From positions 1,301,989 to 1,365,988 of the forward strand of contig OZ243958.1 of NCBI GenBank assembly GCA_965214495.1: a stretch of 64,000 bases of DNA. The letters run 5' to 3'. Positions 58,901 through 64,000 of this stretch are shown here, piece by piece; positions within the stretch are counted from its first letter, which is position 1, and every line of letters starts with the position of its first letter. The translations under genes and the position numbers were made by a program. The stretch comes from Alphaproteobacteria bacterium (GTDB taxonomy: Bacteria; Pseudomonadota; Alphaproteobacteria; UBA7887). The notes below the pieces were generated by a model that saw nothing but the letters and a program-made list of their open reading frames with translations, made no database searches and was not told the DNA's origin.

Positions 58901-59262
58901 ACCGCACGGTCGTCGAAGTCGCGGTCGAAATCGTGCGCCGCGACCCTGTCTTCGCGCCGATCTTCGGCCCCGACAGCCTGGCCGAGGTCGCAGTCGCGAC
59001 AGCCGGCGCGCACGCGATGTCGGGCCGCATCGACCGCATCGCCGTCACGGACGAAGCGACGCTCGCCATCGACTTCAAGACCGGCGGCGCACCCGAGGAC
59101 ACGATTCGGCCGCCGCGGGACCACCTGCGGCAGATGGCGGCGTATCGCGACGCATTGAGGCGGATCTACCCCGACCGCCCGATTCGCTGCGCCCTTCTGT
59201 GGATCGACCACGGCGTCCTGGCTCCGCTCGACAGCGACTCGCTTGACCGCTTCGCAGCTTGA
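55945..59262 (+). CDS. addA: Double-strand break repair helicase-nuclease AddA (UvrD-like), ~1105 aa
   Basis: A GTG start overlaps the addB stop. It has the Walker A motif DASAGSGKTTVL, UvrD motifs, and a C-terminal nuclease domain (…IDFKTG…). Confidence 0.85.
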   Translation: MSRADREQRRAADPGASVWVDASAGSGKTTVLVNRVLRLLLGAGAKPAVPERILCLTFTNAAAAEMANRLNDRLAEWAVASDSELTAALREFSDETPGPALRAAARRLLARVLDTPGGMRIQTVHAFCQSLLRRFPLEAGVPPHFEVIDERAAGELMIDVQNRLIASLDDAGPRLREAIGVVTRNAHEARIGELLDELASERGRLRQLAREAGGIDGLIARMHDAVGIEPGVTHEDITRAACVPGAGAEDALRRLATAMAYGGVRDRERGGRIAAWLAADRDERAAAFADYRRAFLKEDGEPLVRVATKAVIESAPSLEGTVAAEQARVAAVEEDRKRAVVAGATAALLTVGDALLDAYESRKHALGQLDFDDLILAARDLLTTPGRAEWVLYKLDGGLDHILIDEAQDTSPDQWEVVRALADEFHAGEGARDAPRTLFAVGDPKQSIYGFQRADPEKFTEMRRWFSGRARRAGQRWEDVPLDTSFRSTAPVLAAVDATFAAPDAASGLMFDNRPIRHRAHRATQAGSIELWPPTAPETADPARPWKPPVERIAPPSAAERLAAEVAREIRDLCDGGHRLESRDRAVRPGDIVVLVRSRNRFLDELVRRLKAEDVAVAGVDRLMLTGHIAAMDLIALGRFLLFPSDDLSLAEALKSPLFGFDDDALFALAHGREVSLWRRLRDEAECSPLCAEAAERLRELLRRADRVTPWELYADLLSAGGGRRRFAARLGDEATEVLDEFLAQAMAFERAAPPGLQGFLHWLATGDVEVKREQETGGDAVRIMTVHGAKGMEAPIVFLPDTMHPPRTISQLVWSPDGDMALWPVRKPDWDPLSREWRAAAKERDREEYRRLLYVAMTRAEDRLVVCGWRNQRQKTDNADAWRAMVARGLAACPDAREEKNGIVALRSPRTAPPDRTERARPDAADDAPTPPWLRAPRPPETVAETVFPSVPEPARQPEAEERGRRLHALLQAWPALPESVSDADRTVVEVAVEIVRRDPVFAPIFGPDSLAEVAVATAGAHAMSGRIDRIAVTDEATLAIDFKTGGAPEDTIRPPRDHLRQMAAYRDALRRIYPDRPIRCALLWIDHGVLAPLDSDSLDRFAA

Positions 59263-59397
59263 CCCGGCAGAGTCCCGGGGGATCGCTCGACTCTCCGTTC
59301 GCGCCCCGGGGCATCGCTTGACCGGCTCCGGCGCGCTCCATACTGTCGCGTTCCGACGGGCGCGGCGCCCGGGGCCGGGTTCACACGGGAGCGCTTC

Positions 59398-59721
59398 ATG
59401 GCCACGACCAAAATCTCCGACGCGAGTTTCAAGCGCGATGTCCTCGATTCCGAGACACCGGTGCTCGTCGATTTCTGGGCCGAGTGGTGCGGGCCGTGCA
59501 AGATGATCGCGCCGGCGCTTGAGGAGCTCGCCGAGGAATTCGACGGCCGGGTCACGGTCGCCAAGATGAATATCGACGAGAACCCGGACACGCCGACCCG
59601 ATATCAGGTGCGTGGCATCCCGACCCTGTTGCTGTTCCGCAACGGCGAGGTCGCGGCGTCGAAGATCGGCGCCGCGCCGAAGAGCGACCTGACAAGCTGG
59701 GTCGAAACCAATCTCGCGTGA
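59398..59721 (+). CDS. trxA: Thioredoxin
   Basis: WAEWCGPCK active site, 107 aa. Confidence 0.95.
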   Translation: MATTKISDASFKRDVLDSETPVLVDFWAEWCGPCKMIAPALEELAEEFDGRVTVAKMNIDENPDTPTRYQVRGIPTLLLFRNGEVAASKIGAAPKSDLTSWVETNLA

Positions 59722-59729
59722 CGCCGAGC

Positions 59730-61079
59730 CTACGCGACTTCTTCCAGCACATCGCCGATGGTCCCGCAGATCTCGTCGATCTGCGCGCGCTCGACGATCA
59801 ACGGCGGCGACAGGGCGATGATGTCGCCGGTAGTACGCACCAGCACGCCTCTCTCGTAGCAGCGCACGAAGGCGTCGTAGGCGCGCGCGGTCGGGCGGCC
59901 GGGGATCGGCTCGAGTTCGATACCCGCCACCATGCCGAGATTCCGGATATCGACGACATGCGGGCGGCCGCGCAGACCATGCACCGCGTCCTCGAAATAC
60001 GGTTCCAGTTCGGCCGCGCGGTCGAACAGCGCTTCGTCGCGATAGAGCCCGAGCGTCGCGAGCCCTGCGGCGCAAGCGAGCGGGTGCCCCGAATAGGTGT
60101 AGCCGTGGAACAGTTCGATGACATGGTCCGGTCCGCTGACCACAGCGTCGTGGATGGGCGCGCGCACCGCCACCCCGCCCATGGGCACGGCAGCGTTGGT
60201 CAGACCCTTCGCCATGGTCACCAGGTCGGGGACGATGTCGAACCGCTCGCACGCGAACGACGAGCCAAGGCGGCCGAAGCCGGTGATCACTTCGTCGAAA
60301 ATCAGCAGGATACCGTGGCGGTCGCAGATTTCGCGCAACCGGCGGAGATAGCCGACCGGGGGAATCAGCACCCCTGTCGAGGCGGCCAATGGCTCGACGA
60401 TGACCGCAGCGATGGTGTCGGCACCGTGCAGCGCAACCGCATCCTCCAGCGCGTCGGCGAAGTGCGCGCCCCATTCGGGCTGGCCGCGGCTGTAAGCGTT
60501 GCGCTCGGGCGCGTGGGTGTGCGGCAAATGGTCCACCGCACCCAGGAGGTTGCGGAACTGGCGCCGATTGTTGGCGATGCCGCCGACCGAAAGGCCGCCG
60601 AAGCCGACGCCGTGATAGCCGCGCGCCCGCCCGATCAGCATGGTGCGCTCCGCCGCGCCGTTCGCCTGGTGGTAGGCGAGCGCGATTTTGAGCGCCGTAT
60701 CCACGGCTTCCGAGCCGGAATTGGTGAAGAACAGGTGGTCGAGATCGCCGGGCAACAGCGAGGCCACGCGCGACGCGAGTTCGAACTGCTGAGGGTGCCC
60801 CATCTGAAACGCCGGGGCATAGTCCATCTGCGCGGCTTGGCGTTGCACGGCGTTGACGATCTCGCGCCGCCCGTGCCCGGCATTGACGCACCACAGCCCG
60901 GCGGCACCGTCGAGAATGCGGCGACCGTCGGCGCTGCCGTAATACATGCCCCGCGCCGAGACCAGCAGCCGGGGCGCCGCCTTGAACTGGCGGTTCGCCG
61001 TGAACGGCATCCACAGTGCGTCGAGATCGTTCGGACTCGCGACCGGGGCCGCCGCCACATCGGGTACGGCTGCGTCCAT
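59730..61079 (-). CDS. Class-III PLP-dependent aminotransferase (omega-amino acid / beta-alanine--pyruvate type)
   Basis: It has the …DEVITGFGRLG…TMAKGLTNAAVPMGG… PLP-lysine context. 449 aa. Confidence 0.8.
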   Translation of the reverse strand: MDAAVPDVAAAPVASPNDLDALWMPFTANRQFKAAPRLLVSARGMYYGSADGRRILDGAAGLWCVNAGHGRREIVNAVQRQAAQMDYAPAFQMGHPQQFELASRVASLLPGDLDHLFFTNSGSEAVDTALKIALAYHQANGAAERTMLIGRARGYHGVGFGGLSVGGIANNRRQFRNLLGAVDHLPHTHAPERNAYSRGQPEWGAHFADALEDAVALHGADTIAAVIVEPLAASTGVLIPPVGYLRRLREICDRHGILLIFDEVITGFGRLGSSFACERFDIVPDLVTMAKGLTNAAVPMGGVAVRAPIHDAVVSGPDHVIELFHGYTYSGHPLACAAGLATLGLYRDEALFDRAAELEPYFEDAVHGLRGRPHVVDIRNLGMVAGIELEPIPGRPTARAYDAFVRCYERGVLVRTTGDIIALSPPLIVERAQIDEICGTIGDVLEEVA

Positions 61080-61286
61080 GATCTGACTCCTCGTTCGGGA
61101 TCGGGGTTCGGCAGTCGGTTCGGGACACTATCACCTTCGCGACGCCAAACCTACGGCCTCGCGACCGTGGATCGAAGCATCCCGAACCGTTTGGCCCCGT
61201 TTGCGAGCGATGCATTCGGCGTCGTCGATCGCCCGCGTCGTCCCCGAGTGCGCGGGCTGGACCTTATACGGAATGCGAATTGAGCC

Positions 61287-62354
61287 ATGGCGGACAAGAC
61301 CGCCGAACTCGATCGCTCCGAACGCAGCGCACCGGCAGCGACTTCCGAAAACACCGACGTCGCCATCGTCGGCGCCGGGCCGGTGGGACTTTTTGCCGTG
61401 TTCGAGTGCGGGATGCTGGGCCTCGAGTGTCACGTGCTCGACAGCCTCGATTCGCCCGGCGGGCAGTGCGCGGCGCTCTATCCCGGCAAGCCGATCTACG
61501 ACATTCCCGGCATCCCGCGCATCGACGCGGGCGCGCTGGTCGAACGCCTGCTCGAGCAGGCCGCACCGTTCCGCCCGCGCTACCGGTTCGGGCGCGCCGT
61601 CACCGGGCTGGAACGCAAGAACGAACGGTGGCGCGTGACCGCCGCCGACAACGAGACCGTCGATGCTGCGGCGGTAATGATTGCCGCAGGCGCCGGTGCG
61701 TTCGGATTCAATCGCCCGCCGATCGACGGCATCGAGGGCTATGAGGGCAGCGCGGTCTTCTATGCCGTGCACGATCCCGAGGCGTTTCGCGGCCGACGGG
61801 TCGTCATCGCCGGTGGCGGCGATTCGGCAGTGGACTGGGCGCTCGCGCTGGTCGATATCGCCGCACACGTCACCGTGGCGCATCGCCGGGCAAGGTTCCG
61901 CGCCGCTCCGGACAGTGTCGCGAAGCTCGAAGCGCTTGTCGATGCCGGGCGGATCGACCTCGCCGTCCCTTGCCAACTGACGGGTCTCGACGGCGACGGC
62001 AGAAGGTTGAACGCGGTGGTGCTGTCGAACCTCGACGGCGATACACGGCGCGTCGCCGCCGACGCACTGTTGCCGTTCTACGGCCTGGCGACGACTCTCG
62101 GGCCGATCGCCGATTGGGGACTCGACCGCGCGGCCGCGCAGATCGTCGTGGATCCGGCGACCTGCGAGACCAGCCGTCCCGGCATTTTCGCGATCGGCGA
62201 CGTCGCAAGCTATCCGGGGAAGCTGAAACTCATCCTCAGCGGCTTTTCGGAAGCCGCGATGGCGGCCCACGCAGCGTTCGCTTACGCCCGCCCCGGCGAA
62301 CCGCTACGGTTTGCCTATTCGACCGTGAAGGGGCTGCCGTCCGGGACGCGCTAG
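61287..62354 (+). CDS. Ferredoxin--NADP+ reductase (thioredoxin-reductase-like FNR)
   Basis: Two dinucleotide-binding motifs, VAIVGAGPVGLFA and VVIAGGGDSAVDWA. 355 aa. Confidence 0.8.
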   Translation: MADKTAELDRSERSAPAATSENTDVAIVGAGPVGLFAVFECGMLGLECHVLDSLDSPGGQCAALYPGKPIYDIPGIPRIDAGALVERLLEQAAPFRPRYRFGRAVTGLERKNERWRVTAADNETVDAAAVMIAAGAGAFGFNRPPIDGIEGYEGSAVFYAVHDPEAFRGRRVVIAGGGDSAVDWALALVDIAAHVTVAHRRARFRAAPDSVAKLEALVDAGRIDLAVPCQLTGLDGDGRRLNAVVLSNLDGDTRRVAADALLPFYGLATTLGPIADWGLDRAAAQIVVDPATCETSRPGIFAIGDVASYPGKLKLILSGFSEAAMAAHAAFAYARPGEPLRFAYSTVKGLPSGTR

Positions 62355-62692
62355 TCGTCGGCCGCCTTCATCGCCTCGGGCAACGAGGCATGGATCCGAA
62401 TGATCTTGTCGAATCCGGCGATCTGGAACACCTCGTCGATGGTGTCGCCGAGCGAGCATAGCGCGAACTTCGCGTCCCGCTTCCACAGACCCTTGGCGAT
62501 CAGAAGGATCGCGCGCAAACCGGCGCTGCTGATGTAGGAGAGCTGCCCGAGGTCCACGATCACGGCGCGGTCGCCGTCGCCGATCGTGGCGTTCATGATG
62601 TCTTCGAACTCGTGGGCCGTGGCGCTGTCGATACGGCCCCCCACCGTGGCGACCAGCGTTCCGTTCTTCCGCTCGGTCTTTACTTCGATCAT
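62351..62692 (-). CDS. STAS-domain protein (anti-sigma-factor-antagonist-like)
   Basis: …VVDLGQLSYISSAGLRAILLIAK… is the STAS signature. Confidence 0.7.
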   Translation of the reverse strand: MIEVKTERKNGTLVATVGGRIDSATAHEFEDIMNATIGDGDRAVIVDLGQLSYISSAGLRAILLIAKGLWKRDAKFALCSLGDTIDEVFQIAGFDKIIRIHASLPEAMKAADD

Positions 62693-62731
62693 CGGCGCTG
62701 TCCTTGAACGCTGCGCCCTGCCGGCGTCGGA

Positions 62732-63070
62732 TCAGAGGGCCGCGTCACCGGTTTCCCCGCTGTGGATGCGCACCGCGCCCGCTATCTCGCCGACGAAGAT
62801 CCGGCCGTCGCCGGGACTGTCGGTCGCGGCCGTGCTGCGGATGGTCTCGACCACCCGATCCACGAGCTCATCCGGCGTGACAGCCTCGATCTGTACCATC
62901 GGCATGAAGGCGACGGCGTATTCGGCGCCGCGATGGATCTCCGCATGACCCATCTGCCGGTCGAACGCCTTGACCTCGGTGGCGACGAGCGCAGACACCC
63001 CGATCTCCGTCAACGCCTCATGCACGGGGTCAAGCTTGTGCGGCTTGATCACCGCCTTGATCCACTTCAT
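62732..63070 (-). CDS. glnK: Nitrogen regulatory protein P-II
   Basis: MKWIKAVIKPHKLD… is the P-II family. It lies downstream of amtB. Confidence 0.85.
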   Translation of the reverse strand: MKWIKAVIKPHKLDPVHEALTEIGVSALVATEVKAFDRQMGHAEIHRGAEYAVAFMPMVQIEAVTPDELVDRVVETIRSTAATDSPGDGRIFVGEIAGAVRIHSGETGDAAL

Positions 63071-63097
63071 CGGCGATCACCCCCTGTCTCGGCTCCG

Positions 63098-64000
63098 CTA
63101 TAAATCGTAGCCGCGCTCGCCGTGGGTAGCAAGGTCGAGCCCGACCAATTCGTCCTCCTCGTCCACCCGAATGCCGCCGACGAGTGCGCCGGCGACTTTC
63201 ACGACGACGAAGGTCACCGCGGCGGACCAGGCCAGGGTGGCGATCAGGCCGACAGTCTGCACGCCGAGTTGCCGCGCGATCGTCATATCCTCGCCCAGGC
63301 CGTGCCCGCCGAGCGCTTCCACCGCCAGAGCGGAGACCAGTAGCACGCCCAGGATGCCGCCGACGCCGTGTACCGCGAAAACATCGAGCGAATCGTCGAT
63401 TCTCCATGCCTGCTTCACGACCTCCGTCGCGAAGAAACAAATCACGCCCGCCGCGGCGCCGAGAACCAGCGCACCGACCGGGCCGACGAAACCCGAGGCG
63501 GGAGTGATCGTGGCCAGTCCGGCGATAACGCCGGTCGCCGCCCCGACCAACGAGATCTTTCGGAACTTGATCCATTCGATCCCCGCCCAGACGAGCGCGG
63601 CGGTCGCGGCGGCGATGTGGGTGACGGCGATGGCCATACCAGCCAACCCATCGGCGGCGAGTTGGCTGCCGCCGTTGAACCCGAACCATCCCACCCAGAG
63701 CAGCGCCGCGCCCACCGCGGTCATGCCCGGGCTGTGCGGTGGATGAATCTGATGCGGGAAGCCGCGTCGCGCTCCGAGCGTGGCGGCGATAACGAGCGCC
63801 GAAACGCCGGCGCTCAGATGCACCACCAAACCGCCGGCGAAGTCCAGCACTCCGAGCGCAGAAAGCCAGCCGCCGCCCCACACCCAGTGGCAGACCGGAG
63901 CGTAAACGAGGACAAGCCACGCCGCGCTCGTGATCAGTACCGCCGGAAATTTGATGCGTTCGACCCAGGCGCCGATCATCAGCGCCGGCGTGATGATCGC
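63098..64000 (-). CDS. amtB: Ammonium transporter AmtB (C-terminal ~300 aa; the N-terminus lies beyond the window end)
   Basis: It has multiple transmembrane helices with Amt motifs (…DFAGGLVVHLSAGVSALV…). The ORF runs to the window edge. Confidence 0.8.
   Translation of the reverse strand, partial: AIITPALMIGAWVERIKFPAVLITSAAWLVLVYAPVCHWVWGGGWLSALGVLDFAGGLVVHLSAGVSALVIAATLGARRGFPHQIHPPHSPGMTAVGAALLWVGWFGFNGGSQLAADGLAGMAIAVTHIAAATAALVWAGIEWIKFRKISLVGAATGVIAGLATITPASGFVGPVGALVLGAAAGVICFFATEVVKQAWRIDDSLDVFAVHGVGGILGVLLVSALAVEALGGHGLGEDMTIARQLGVQTVGLIATLAWSAAVTFVVVKVAGALVGGIRVDEEDELVGLDLATHGERGYDL

Noticed and set aside
53470-59262. A 1930-aa ORF
   Set aside because: Its N-terminal 825 codons are an alternative frame over addB. 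The true addA starts at GTG 55945.

Overview
This is a high-GC (~68-70%) chromosomal segment that looks alphaproteobacterial (Rhodospirillales-like gene content).

Bases 1-4434 are the distal ~60 units of a CRISPR array. The repeat is a 36-nt GTTTCCGGGGCGTTATTGCCCCGGCCTCATTGAAG[G/C] with ~37-nt spacers. The array runs off the window start, so the leader and any cas genes lie outside this window. No cas genes occur in the 64 kb.

Bases 4435-10445 hold the array's trailer broken by nested insertion sequences. An IS1380-family element inserted at a spacer/repeat junction with a CTAG target-site duplication. It was then split by an IS4-family element with a CTGCCGC duplication. One half of the IS1380 was inverted between two identical inverted IS4 copies. 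The inverted segment carries a 3-repeat trailer mini-array (7895-8110) whose last repeat is cut at a TA by an IS630-family element. A frameshifted N6/N4 DNA methyltransferase remnant follows.

The rest is core-like chromosome:
- A sugar-acid-like catabolic cluster: 2-hydroxyacid dehydrogenase, IlvD/EDD dehydratase, Fe-alcohol dehydrogenase, CoA-transferase and a HIBADH-type reductase, with a HicB-HicA pair inserted inside it.
- An AsmA/YhdP-like giant membrane protein, glnE, bcp and a spondin_N secreted protein.
- prfB with its +1 frameshift site, PBP1A, amiC, and rne behind a long leader.
- An HtrA-like protease, mnmA and tRNA-Met(CAT).
- An 8-gene minus-strand operon: MoxR, DUF58, a membrane protein, two VWA proteins, a TPR protein, an S8 peptidase and an SNase nuclease. 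It ends inside the tRNA.
- panE, PCD, purD, and a lipoprotein subtilase autotransporter (SphB1-like) with 36-bp proline-rich tandem repeats.
- The translationally coupled tsaE-amgK-murU-addB-addA block, then trxA, a class-III aminotransferase, FNR-type reductase, a STAS protein, PII and a partial amtB.

The most unusual structure is the IS-scarred CRISPR trailer with two repeat sub-types. Apart from the CRISPR trailer, the most system-like unit is the MoxR/VWA operon extended with a secreted protease and nuclease beside the tRNA.
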